A stretch of DNA of 63,115 bases, counting the filler, from Craspedostauros australis (Eukaryota), in assembly GCA_030167865.1 (NCBI GenBank). It is 7 parts of 7 records of this genome, joined end to end, with 100 filler letters (N's around TTAATTAATTAA, not from the genome) between each part and the next. Parts side by side here need not be neighbours in the genome. Positions count along the whole stretch, not along the records: positions 23,337 to 46,459 come from JALAGF010002989.1; 6 more parts are not named here. The stretch is one strand, 5' to 3'. The number at the start of each line of letters is the position of its first letter. Position 1 is the first letter of the stretch. Shown in pieces: positions 23,337 to 35,284 of the stretch. The notes below the pieces were generated by a model, which saw only the letters and a list, made by a program, of their open reading frames with translations, was not told the DNA's origin and made no database searches. A program made the translations under genes and the position numbers.

Positions 23337-26300
23337 GGCAACAACCCCAATGGCACCTTAATTACTCCACACATCAATAGTCCCACACAAGTCAATCAAC
23401 CACAACACGAACAAATGCACGCTTAATCAGCAAAACCAGCACAGTTGCCAACAACACAGGAGTGGTGCTTCTCGGGTTTGTGAGTTGCTTCGCTCTCCGC
23501 ACTCCAACACTGGTTGCCCCGGTCATGCTATTCAGTCCAAGCCGCTGTAGCGTACGTGTTTCATTTCAGCTTATTTTCTGACCTATGGTAATTTTCATTT
23601 TTTACCGTTGCTCCCTGGGGTATGTACCACGCTAGCTGCGCCTGTTGCGAAAACGCCAACGACACGCGGATGACAAGGGAATACCAAAGAGCGTCGGCAC
23701 AAGCAGCCTGCCGCCGCGACGGGTATAAGCCCCCTCCCACGCACTTCACCACGTTGCTCCCCTATCCGCTTCGACCTCTTGTTTCGTGCTTTTTCACGGC
23801 CAAACCTTGGCCCAGTTTATTATTACTCTGCCCAACGTGCGCGAGAAAGCCAAACCAAGAGCGTTCCAACACCACCCCTCAGTACTTAAGCATACGAGGA
23901 ACATCGATGCAGTAGTGTCGATCAACTCTAGTCCGTGCGCTTCTTAGCCACATCTTGCCAAATCCCTCCGAGCCGTTAAATGCCGAAAGCACAGAAACTC
24001 CATCTCTTTATGTACTATCGTGACAGCACAATTGCCCTAACGAACTTCACAGGGCTTGATATTTCGCTCGTGACAAGGACACGTGAGGTGCCAATTCAGT
24101 TTCTGAATATCGAACCACCCAGCAAGAAACCAACAGCCTAATAGTTAGCAGGGCTTGTTCGTGGGCATATGACCATGTGAGTCATTGCCGGCCACAAGTG
24201 ATGGCTTCTGCGCTTCCTCTTTGCACAGTTGAACCTCATTGCGGTATAATACATGAAGAGATAAGTATTACCATTCTAATATGAAATGTGTTACTATTCC
24301 TATTATTGTTCTTGATATTAATAATGCCGCAACCTACAAGGCTACGCAGAACACTCACAGAGTTCTCCCGCGAATACGAATAAGCGCACCAAATCGTGTG
24401 AGGCCACTCATTTGTCGACTTGGACGACTCAACAAATGACGACGATCGCAGAGTTTTCATTCTGTCCAGGTTTCTTCGTTTGGTAATGTCAAGCGTGTCA
24501 ATGCCAAGAACAGGCCCTTCTTGTCTCCGTCACAACATCGTGACACAAACGCAATCGACACACCGCCAGAAACATGACGACGAGCACAGTGGTTCGGAGG
24601 ATCTGCTCCAACCACACCGATCACTCTGCCGACATGGACCAACAGAGGAACCTGATCGTTCCGTCTGTCGGCTTCTCGCCAACTTTGGGGACAGCCTCTG
24701 GCGTGCCGCTCCACACTGTTCCTGGTTCCTATTCCTCAATCTTGTCGCGAGAAGGCACCCTTGCGGAAAGATCTCTGGGGCCTTCGATGTTGTTGATATC
24801 CATCCACCTCGCTTGTGATGCCAAATGGTTGTCTGTTTTTGGTACATGTACTCGTAATCTGCTCTTATCCACGATGTCATTGACGATGCCAAGGAGGACC
24901 ACCATCTCCACAGAACCGGAGTGCCGTAGTTCCTCTGCAGTCACCATCCAACCAACATGCTTCTCAATTTCATCATCGCTACCACAGTCGTTGACCCTCG
25001 TGGTCACCCCTCTGTGACAGGACCTCCGCACTCCATCAAACCGGGACCTCTTATCTGGTCAAGGAAGCAAAGAGACAAGAAGTACGGCACTCGCAAGTCG
25101 AAGAAACAAGCATGTGCCTCCATGCAAGAGGGAAACCATCACATGTCCCCCTTGTTCAAAGTGCTTCTCCTATCCATCAACGAAGCCTTTCACTCTATTC
25201 GCCCTCATGTATCCCTCTCTCTCTCTTGTGATGAAGGCCTCTCCCTTACTCGTATTAGTACTATGACGCGTGTACATGCTCATGGGTGAGCCTCTTCTCT
25301 CTGTTGGCATCCGAAGCAAGAGAGAGCGACAGGTACGATGCACATCTGCCTCTCTCCGACATTCGTATCCCACACTCGTACCTACGTTTGTGGCTGTGTG
25401 AGTCTCTCGCTCTCTGCTCCAGTCCTCTATTCTGCCTCGCCCCACTTCGATCTGCAACACCATACTCTACTCCATTCCACTTCTACTTAATTCGCTGATG
25501 CCGCTGTTTTCGCTCTCTTTGTGGTTGTGGATGCGTTCATAGTTGCTGGCACTTGTGGCCGGATGCGAGAAGTTGGCCCAACTTCGTCCCTCTCTTGTTG
25601 ATGTTCATTCCCCAAAACGCCGCAACGTGGGCCAACTTCCCATTTCTGTGATGGCAGATTGCTCCGGCAACCGCAGAGAATCACAAAACAATACTCCCAG
25701 AGTTGCAGACACAGACGCACGCATTGGCCTTTTGCCAAAGTCTCATGGGCGACGCAGGAACCATGTCTGGGCAAGATCCCTGAGGGTACGGCGTATCCTT
25801 CCGCCTCTCAACGACACCACACATCGCCTCATAGGTCCCCTTGTCTGTCACACACAAGCCTGAACAGGCAGGCTGTCTCTCCAGATAGAGGCAGCTTGTT
25901 TGAAGCAGAGCACAGCAGAATGGATTGGAGTGGAGTGGAGTACTCGAATGGAGAGTACTCTACGATTTACTCCACCCCCACATCGCCTCTTCGCTCTCCC
26001 TTTTTTCTATCGCTTCTGCTATGCCCTTTCAGGATGCAGACAGAAGTGAGGTCTTGTCCGGGATGAAATGATGAGCTTCGTTGTGGCAGCTCGTGAACCA
26101 TGGTAACCACATGTCCGTATCATTCGCGTCCTCGTCGTCATCTCCCCTTGTTGCCATCTGAAACGAACGCGACACCCTCATTGCATCCGTATCATCAAAC
26201 CGCTTCGATCCGTCCAGCCCAGACTAACATGAATGGTGGCATCTTTCGTTGTTGTTGAATCGGACTCGTACCAAAGATACCTTTTGTCGACTCACGCGCG

Positions 26301-27508
26301 ACCTGTCCCTTGATCGGTATCTTGCCTCTCTCTCTCTCTCTCTCTCTTGGGGGGATTGTTTTCAATTTCCGAATCAAACGCTCATCACACTGTCAACAAG
26401 ATCAACCTCTGTTTGATCCATTCAGGTGAGCGTGCGAGCGATCAAGGAAGCGAGTGGATGGACGAATGAAACAATGAGCAATGGTGCGAACAGAGAGTCA
26501 CACAGAAACCAACAATACCCATGCCATCGGTTCCCGATCTGCATAGATGTTGCTTTCCCACTGAACTTGCTGTGCACGAGCCAGCGTGCCTTCCGACGAT
26601 GGCGCGTTTCCGCTCTGTGGTGGAAGGCATTTGCATCTGATTGTAACCCTTTGTGTGTTGAGCCGTCTCTCCGGGAGGCTGCGTACCAATACGAGCACAC
26701 GCGTGCGAGGAGAGATACCAACGTGAAGTACCGCGTCAAGATCTGGTCTGATCCCCTTCATCATGCTCGGCTCCACTCCATTTTGCTCCATTCCTATGTG
26801 GCACCCATCATGCAGTACCATTCAGAGACATGCCGATCACGACATGTACGTACCACGGATTCGAGTGTGACGAGGAGAGGGCCAGAATGAATGCAAAAGA
26901 CGTCTTCTCATCCCTGGTGATCCTACTTGTACTTGTACTCGCATGACGTGTATGGATGGTGTGCGCGTATGTACAAATGCTGGACATAGGTCGTACTCCT
27001 CACAAGGGAGACCTGATGCAGCATTCTGGATCGGTCCATCCTGACATCCTATCCCACCACACTCGTGCTTTTATAACTACGACCCATGAGGAGGCATGGG
27101 AGTATCCATTCTCTGCGTTGTATAATATAATATCTATTTGTAATTGTATGTTATCGTCCGATCCTTCTGCAGAGAATGCAAGTTGATCGGTTGGTAGATA
27201 GTCCCTTTTCCAATAGAGTATGTATGTTCATAGTATCATGTAGATGTGTAGAATAGTAGTGTGTAGAGAAGCATTGCATCGTAGATGATCGTGGGTAGAA
27301 TTGGTATGGGAGAGTTGGTAACGTGGATATCTGTGTATGCCACCCGACCCAACTCGACTCTGCCACATTCCGCATTCCGCGCGCACCACGTCCGTGCATC
27401 ATGTTGTGCCCATCGCAACTGCAGAACGTGCACTGGTTGAGTACGGCATACACCGCAACTCCATGCCAACGCACTCCCCCCTCGCTCCAACAAACATGCG
27501 TCCGCGCA

Positions 27509-29371
27509 TCATTTGCAGCCTGCACCCTTTGCTTCGCGTAGGCGCAGCATGAGGTGCTTGATCTTGCGCTTCGTCAACCGGGTGCTGCGATGCACGCTGC
27601 CCAGCAACGGCTCGTACATGGCCAATGCGTGGCAATGACATGACATGGCCTGCTGCAGATCATCGCGGCGTTCGTGAAGGTTGGCCACCTTGGTGTGCAG
27701 GTATGCCAGTCCCAACTGCTTGCGTCCGATCCCCATCTCCTCCAGCTGCACGGCGAATCCGTAGTGCTGCAGCGCCTGTTCGGTGTTGCCCATCTTCGTG
27801 CAGTCATCCCCCATGCTCTCCTGGACCAGGGCGATCATCGTGGCGTCGAGGTAGGCTTCTGCATCACCGGCGTCGCAGCCCATGAGCAGAGCGGACGCGA
27901 GGATGCCCTGGACGCATCGTCGGGTGCAGGCCGCGGTCTCCACGTCATCCAGCTGCACGATGGAATGGTTGGTGTAGATGCGCAACGAGCTGCGGTACTC
28001 GGCGAATGCCTTGGAAGGTTCGTTCACAACCATGTAGGCAGATGCCAACTTGCACCGGATGTTGGCTTCATCGATCGTTTCTTCCACGAGCGAGGGTGGC
28101 GGTTTATCCTCGTTTTCGGTCTCGTCGTGACTACTACAGTGCTTTTGTTGTTGTTGTTGTTGTTGTTGCGGATGCTGCTGTTGACAATGCTCGTGTTGGT
28201 TCTTGTCTTCAAGTTTGTCTCCATTCTCCTGCTTGTCTTTGATGTCTTTGGCGCCATTCTTTCTGCTTTCGGAACTGACCGACGCCTGCATCATCCCGAC
28301 ACGGACGAACTTGCTGATGCACTCTTCCAGATGCAACGCGCTGCGGAATTCCTGGATGGCCCGCAAGGCGGTCTGCACGTGCGGCGCAATCTGGCTCGCC
28401 CCAGCCACGTCCTGCGCGTAGTGTCTCTCGACCTTGCTCTGCAGCAGCAGCGCATCGCCCTTCCTCTCATGCTTGGCGCTGCTCGCGGTTATTCGGCTAA
28501 GCGCATCGACGCTGATGCTGACTCCCGATGCCATCAGCATCGATCCGATCAGAGTCTCCACCACCATGGTATCGAACGAGTAGAGCAAACGCAGGCGCAG
28601 GCAACGGCGGAATGCCTTGATGGCCTCATCCTTTTGGGACGTGTTGAGAAAGGACAGACCCAGAAACTGGTATGCATCGCACAGTCGCTGCATCATGTCG
28701 TCACTGCTGAAGTGAAGCTCACAATCCGCCGATGCGTCTGCTTCGGAATCCATCGAAAATGAAGTGGCGTCAATGCAGTCCATCTGTTCCAGCTTCTGGA
28801 TGTACACTTCGAAGCATTGCGCAGCGTCGCGCCATCGGTTCTCTTGCATGGCGCGCCTTCCGCTGTCGAGAAGCGCTTCGAACGGCGGAGGTGGTCGTTC
28901 GATAATCGCTTGCGTCTCGGATGGTGACGATGATGATGATGGCGCTGGTGCGGAGGGAGAGGACACTGACGTCGTCGATGCTTTCTTCAAATCGTGCGCT
29001 TCTTCTTCTGTGTGAGACGCTTCATGATTGCAAGCCGTCCCATCCGCTGCTGTCGAGGTCATCATGGGCCTGGACCTTGGCGGAGTCGGACAAGCCTGAT
29101 CACTGGCGTGATTCTCAACGCCATCATCCCGACTTTCCGTCTGCGCAACGAGAACCTCTTCGGATACGCACGCCATCGTTGGGACATCCGCTCCGGTCGC
29201 TGCCACTGCACACGATAACGTAGACTCCACCGATGGCAACTCGTCGGAACGCAAGGCTCCGTCATCTTCGCACGATGCGTCCATGCGTGCCGCGATGACG
29301 GGATCGTACTCAGCAACCACGTTCTTCGTGGACACCGTGCCGATGGACGCGGCGTCCGATACGGGAATCAT
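27509..29371 (-). CDS. TPR-repeat protein with disordered N-terminus and poly-Q insert
   Basis: TPR-like helices AYQFLGLSFLNTSQKDEAIKAFRRCL, KLASAYMVVNEPSKAFAEY and YLHTKVANLHERRDDLQQAMSCHCHALAMYEPLLGSVH (kinesin-light-chain-like). Start MIPVS assumed. Confidence 0.75.
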   Translation of the reverse strand: MIPVSDAASIGTVSTKNVVAEYDPVIAARMDASCEDDGALRSDELPSVESTLSCAVAATGADVPTMACVSEEVLVAQTESRDDGVENHASDQACPTPPRSRPMMTSTAADGTACNHEASHTEEEAHDLKKASTTSVSSPSAPAPSSSSSPSETQAIIERPPPPFEALLDSGRRAMQENRWRDAAQCFEVYIQKLEQMDCIDATSFSMDSEADASADCELHFSSDDMMQRLCDAYQFLGLSFLNTSQKDEAIKAFRRCLRLRLLYSFDTMVVETLIGSMLMASGVSISVDALSRITASSAKHERKGDALLLQSKVERHYAQDVAGASQIAPHVQTALRAIQEFRSALHLEECISKFVRVGMMQASVSSESRKNGAKDIKDKQENGDKLEDKNQHEHCQQQHPQQQQQQQQKHCSSHDETENEDKPPPSLVEETIDEANIRCKLASAYMVVNEPSKAFAEYRSSLRIYTNHSIVQLDDVETAACTRRCVQGILASALLMGCDAGDAEAYLDATMIALVQESMGDDCTKMGNTEQALQHYGFAVQLEEMGIGRKQLGLAYLHTKVANLHERRDDLQQAMSCHCHALAMYEPLLGSVHRSTRLTKRKIKHLMLRLREAKGAGCK

Positions 29372-31435
29372 GGTGCGTGACGCAGGGATATTCTGCAAAT
29401 GTGCGTTCTGTGTTTGTTGTCGTTGTTGATGTTGCTGTGGCTTCCTTGTGTAGTCGCAGGTACGGACACAGGTGTTTGAATGCTGTCTCTTGAATGCTGA
29501 CTCCACGGTCTTGTCTTTGTGAATGTGTGAAGGTGTGGAGAGTAGAGCTGAACAGGGCTGAGCTGAGCAGAGATGTAATGACTGTGACTAACTGCGATGT
29601 CGCAGTTGTTGCAGTTGGTGGACTGTATCGTGGTCTGTACCGTGCTCTCTGCAAAGGAAGGAGTGGATGATGCAATGATCGAACTGCCCTTCCTTCTGCT
29701 TCCTTGCCATCGCAACGGTCTATGCCATGCCATGCTATGCCATGCCGCGACCTTCACCCACCCTGTACATCTCCCCTCCTCGATTCATTCCCGCCGTTCG
29801 TCGCCCCTTCCCCATCGCTGTTGAGATCGGTGGCTGTGTCGACGTCGCCCACATCACACAAGTCGCAATGTTCCGTTGGACGCACCAAAAAATGAAAGGA
29901 GAGTTTTGATCGGTCAGCGACAGCGCGCACCTCCTTCCAAGACAGTAAGTGACACGAGACATCCCCATCGGTCCTTGGGGTGTGCGCGCCACGCGCAAGG
30001 TGCGCGAAGAGATGGCGATCGCCAGAAATGAGCATGTGCGTGTTTGTTGCGACGGTGTCGGTTGCGGTCTCTCTTATTGCGGACAGGCGAACAGAACCTC
30101 GTGCCGTTGGTGTTGTTGCCGGCATTTCGAACCAATCTTGAGAGGCGGCGGGTACAGACTCGGATGATGCTATGTATTATGCGTCAGAATGCGCATCTCA
30201 TCCTCTGTCTCTGTTTCTCTCTAATCAGACGCACATCCCCATGCTCGACCCTTCTCGAGGTTCTCTTTGTTGCGAGATCGTCGATTCGGATCGTTGACCG
30301 ATCGCTGACCGATCGCTGACCTCACATTTGATTTCCCATGTTCATTCTGGTTGCTCCTCGTATCTCGAAGAATAATACCGTCAGGACTGGGACCAAGGTA
30401 ATCCAAACAAGAATAAACTTAACCAGTAGAAGAGATCAATGCAACCGCTCCAGAGAGAGCATCACGAAGTCGTTCATGCATGATCCGCCATCCTATTAGT
30501 ACAGATGGAGGACCTGTCATGCAACAACTCCAAGCACCACCACAATCGCCCAGCCACGGCCACAGAACCTCCCCAGTCGATCGCGAAACAACCACAAACG
30601 CCACTATTTTGTGACAGAAAATGCCGCACGAGTTGGCATTCGTGTATGCAGAGTTTGCGTGAAGTCTTCTCGTGTATGTGATTCACACACATCGCCAGAA
30701 ATCGTGGAAGAAATGTGAAGCGCGCTCCTTGTCATGAATAGCCGTGCCAACGGACACGATCAAGACACGGAAAGGATGCAGACTGTCACAGTACCGGACA
30801 CGAGGACCTCCATCATCCAATGAACTCGACTGAGAAAAAGTGGGCGAACATCAATCGAATTTGGTGTTATAATTGTTGACGCACATTGACAAAAGACAGT
30901 CTTGCGTAGGTCCAACAAGTATGCAACGCGAGGAAGTCATATGACCGTGTGACGTCCATCACAACAACACGCGAAGAGTGTGTGAGATGGAACAAACGCA
31001 CAAGATCGGATCCGCACAAGCAGACACCAAAAGCGAAGCGTGCAACCAACCATGCGAAGCGGATTGGCACAAGAGCACATGCCCCTTTCCCACAAATCCA
31101 CAGCGACGGCAAACGCAAAGCTCCCATACGAGTGGCGAAGTCCAAAACAACAGCAACAACGAGAGAGAGAGAGAGACAAGGACAGCACATAAAGCCTCCT
31201 CGACGATTCGGATTGCACTCTCTGGCACGTACACGCTCACAATACGTACTCACCGTGTGTCATAACATCATATTATAGCCGTACGAGCAAGCGCAGACAG
31301 TGCACAGAGAGCAACGCGCAGAAGTCCGATTGGCGCGAGAGAGATCGACCATTGATCACAAGATCATCGCAGTCATCTTCGGAGGAGACGGAAGACAAGA
31401 AGAAGAGGCAGTTGCAGCAGACCATAGCAACGAAC

Positions 31436-34400
31436 ATGGACATGAACGTGACCATGACGTCTCAACAACACCACCAACTCGAGCCATGCGATTCCAGACG
31501 GACGCAGACGAACTCACGATCTCGCCAATCGTCGCTGCTGCCGCTGATGGCGCTGGTGGCATGCCAGGCGATGATCTTAGTGACCATCTTTCCCACCGCA
31601 GCTCAGGCCTTCGTCGTGCCTCACGATCCGGATTCCATGACCGGCGGGTGGGAGAACGTGCACAGCTACCGACGCAGGAAGGGCATCGAGTTCAACTACA
31701 CCACGAAGATGCTCAGCGCGGAGGTCTGCCGAGACACGACGGAGGACCATTGCCGCGAGATGGATGAAGACTTCACGAGGGAAGCGCTGGCCAACCAGCG
31801 GCATCTGCAGTCCAACAGCGGAGATCCGTACAACGTGCTGGTCGTCCTGCTGCAATTCGCCGATCACACCGATCGGGAGCTGCCGGACCCCGCCGTCATC
31901 GAGAGGCTGTGGAATGCGGACGACACGGATGCCACCAACTACCCCACGGGCAGCCTCCGCCGATACTTCCAGGAAAATTCATACGGCAAGCTCAACATTC
32001 AGGCCACCGTCACGGGCTGGAACCTCGCGGCCCAAAATCAGGCGTACTACGCCAACGGCAACAGCGCCAAGCCCATCAACTCGCAGCCATCCAAAATCAC
32101 GGAGGCCCTCATCCCTGCCCTCGACAGCATCGACGGCTCGATGGATTTCTTCCAATTCGACAACAACAACAACGGCAACATCGACGTCACCGTCATCATG
32201 CACACGGGCTACGCCGCGGAACGTGGCGTCAAGGCCGGTTGCAACGAAATCCCGACGACGGACCGCATTCAATCTTTCGCGCAGGGCGGCACGCCGGGTC
32301 TGTGGACATCCAACTCCGGCGTGCAGCTCGGATCCTACGTCACATCCTCCGTCTACCGCGGAGAGTGCGGCGAGAATCTTGCGAGGCTGGGCGTCACGGC
32401 GCATGAGACGGTGCACACCTTCGGCATTCCCGATCTATACGATCTGGCGGGGCCCGAAAGTGGCTTTGGGAACGTCGGCGGTATCGGTGGCTACGATACC
32501 ATGGCCAACGCGGGTGGCCAGTCGGGGCGGCAAGCGTGAGTGGCATATGTACCAAACTCGCCAATGCTGTCTTCTTTGCTTTGTATGCCTGTTTGCTTGC
32601 GTACTATTGAACGATCCACTCTGCAATTATCATCGCTTTCATTTGTGCAGGGTGTTGCATCACATTGTCAACAAAGTACAATTCATCCAAACTCACGTTC
32701 CCTTGATACCTTCCATCCACTGCATCGGTATTACGCGCGCTCTACTTGCATTCACGATGACACTCACAGTTTCCCTGGCTTCTTGTCAGCATGGACGAGG
32801 ATGAAGCTGGGTTGGTTGGAACCGATCGAGATTCAGGTGGATGGAACCTACGTCGCGCAGAATGCGGAGACCACCAAGGATGTCTACATGATCAAGAAAC
32901 CCTACGCTTCCGGGGAGTACCTGCTCATCGAGAATCGGCAGCCGCTCTCGTTTGATGAGAAGATTTGGGATGGACTCGGCGGTGTGCTCATCTATCATAT
33001 CGACGACACGGTCAACAGCTGGTTGGGAGACAGCGGGAATGGCAACAAGTTCCGTGGATACCCAGGCCAGGCGGAGCATCCCGGTTGGCCGGGCACCTTC
33101 CGCCATTACCAGGTCGCGCTGCTGCAGGCCGATCGGCTCTACGAGCAGGAAAAGGCGCTCAACAACGGTCACGCGCAGGACTTTTGGAGGCAGGGCGCAG
33201 TGCTGGGCGTCGGGCCCGGAACGGATGTGTACAACGGGAATCCCAACGATTATCCCAACACGGACTCCTACAGCTTCAACAGCGGTGGCATCAGGAAAAC
33301 CAACTTGGTCATTGACAACTTCCAGGAGACACAGGCTGGCATTTGGAGCTTCGACGTCGGTGGGTTGGTCAGCGATGTGCCTCCCACGGAATCGCCCACG
33401 CGCCCGCCGACAGAGCCACCCTCGAAAGCACCGACGACGACCGCTCCAACATCGGCACCGACGAGACGGCCCACGTCATCGCCCACCGACTTGCCGACGG
33501 CAACACCCAGAACGGATTCTCCGACGAGACAACCGACAACGTCGTCTCCAACGGATCCGGACGCAACCAATATGCCCACAGCTTCGCCAACCCACGTTCC
33601 AACATCTTCCCCCACTGCCTCTCCGACATTCCTGCCCACCGTATCGGCAGCCCCAACCGGCGGCTGCTGCTCGCGCAATTTTCGTGATTGCGATGCGCCC
33701 GTCTCGTGCGGATTCACCGAAGAGGAATGCCTCAACTGCATAGAGGACCCGACCGTGCTTTGGAAGCCACGCGGGGCGGAACAGGTGGACTCGTGCGTGG
33801 CTCGCTTCGAACCATGCAACGCGGCACCGGCGGATTGCTGCGGGCCCGTGGGCATTCTGTCCTGCTCCATTCCTGCCAGCAGTACTTCCGACGGCAACGC
33901 CGAACGTCTTTGCTACTCCGACGAAGATCTGCTGCAAAGTCGCGCGCCGTCGCTGAGTCCGTCGCCCACGGATTTGAATCCCAGCGGCGCACCGAGTATC
34001 ATGCCGACACCTCTGGCCTCGGATGCGCCATCGGTGTCCCCCAATGTCTTTAATCCGTCAACGGACGTTCCCGCTTCCACCGATCAGCCGACGGCGGCTC
34101 CAGCTGATGCAGAAACAGCATCACCCACTACGGTGCAGCAACGCAATTCATCCAACAACAACAACAATGACGATGGTATGTCGAACGGCGTCATTGCGGG
34201 CATCGTTCTCGGTTCCCTGATGGGAGCGATCTGCTGCTGTTTCATAGGTGCTCTTCTGCTGCTGCGACAGCGCAACGCCGCGAATCACTCCGACGACGAA
34301 GGCGCTGCGCTTGAGAATCAGCTGCTCGATGAAGAAGAGGGCGGCGAGGGTGCGTTCAAGGATGGATTTGGCGAACAGGAAGAGGGGATTCTACCCGCTT

Positions 34401-34591
34401 CTGACATGCGCGATGAGGACGATGAGAGCGATGATAGTGACGATGAGAGCGATGATATCGACGATGAGAGCGATGAGAGCGATGACAGCGACGATGATGG
34501 CAACGATGACAGTGATGACAGTGACGAAAGCGACGATAGATACGACGACGATAGCGATTCTGATCCGGACGAGCTCACTCCAGTTGTGTAA
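31436..34591 (+). CDS. M6 (immune inhibitor A-like) zinc metalloprotease with Pro/Thr stalk, Cys-rich module, TM helix and acidic tail; 2 exons (31436-32535, 32770-34591)
   Basis: VLVVLLQFAD, SLRRYFQENSYG, HETVHTFGIPDLYD, LSAWTRMKLGW, EYLLIENRQ, GVLIYHID. Junction GC|GTGAG..CAG|T is in frame. TM helix VIAGIVLGSLMGAICCCFIGALLLL. Start codon uncertain. Confidence 0.88.
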
Positions 34592-35284
34592 GTCGTGCAC
34601 GAGTGAGTTTCCGCAGAGTCGAGCTTCTGCCCGCTTGGCGAATACTATTTCATTGACGATTGGTATTGAACATCAATCCCGAACATGACCATTATCCACG
34701 TAATCGATGTCATGAATGAGACATAGAGAGCATCGTACATTCTACTACTCTCAAAGTTCACTGTCTCCTTCCCTTGTGAATGTAGGATGGCAACGGAACT
34801 GATGGTCGTCGATGGTGAGGAACATCACGCCGCTCGCGTTGACTCCGTCGCTTTGCACGATACCACGCTGTGGGATCCTCGATCGTCTCCACGTTCCAAG
34901 GACGTTGGTACAATGATGACTTTCGACGCCTGCACCCACGATCAACTTTCTCCTTGTGTGGCTGGCCACGGCCACGACCAAGCTGCTGTCCACACTGATG
35001 CCAAAGTTGATGGGACAATCACAGAGCGGCATCGCGGCAGCGATGTGAAATGACAAACATCGTGAAACAACAATCAACGCAATGCCATCCACGCTGCGTG
35101 AAACGGAGCATGGGATACCACTACCAACGACCATGAAACAGAAGATGATCGCTTCATAAAAAGCAGATAGAGATGAGATCAAGGGACGACGATCAACCAA
35201 GCAATCATTCAATCACATAAAAAGCCCACCGCATTGACCTGATCTGAGCAATAAATCATCCCATCTCGAAACAACAGCACCATC

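Noticed and set aside
23643..23871. Possible short solo LTR (TGTTG...CAACA with internal TATAAG)
   Set aside because: No TSD, PBS/PPT or second copy in the window.
24457..25031. Protein-like minus-strand frame (EKHVGWMVTAEE...WMDINNIEGPRD)
   Set aside because: Broken by stops and no recognisable family; a possible remnant but unsupported.
34787..35053. 88-aa ORF between the M6 protease and ankyrin genes
   Set aside because: No motif and weak codon bias; cannot be distinguished from chance.
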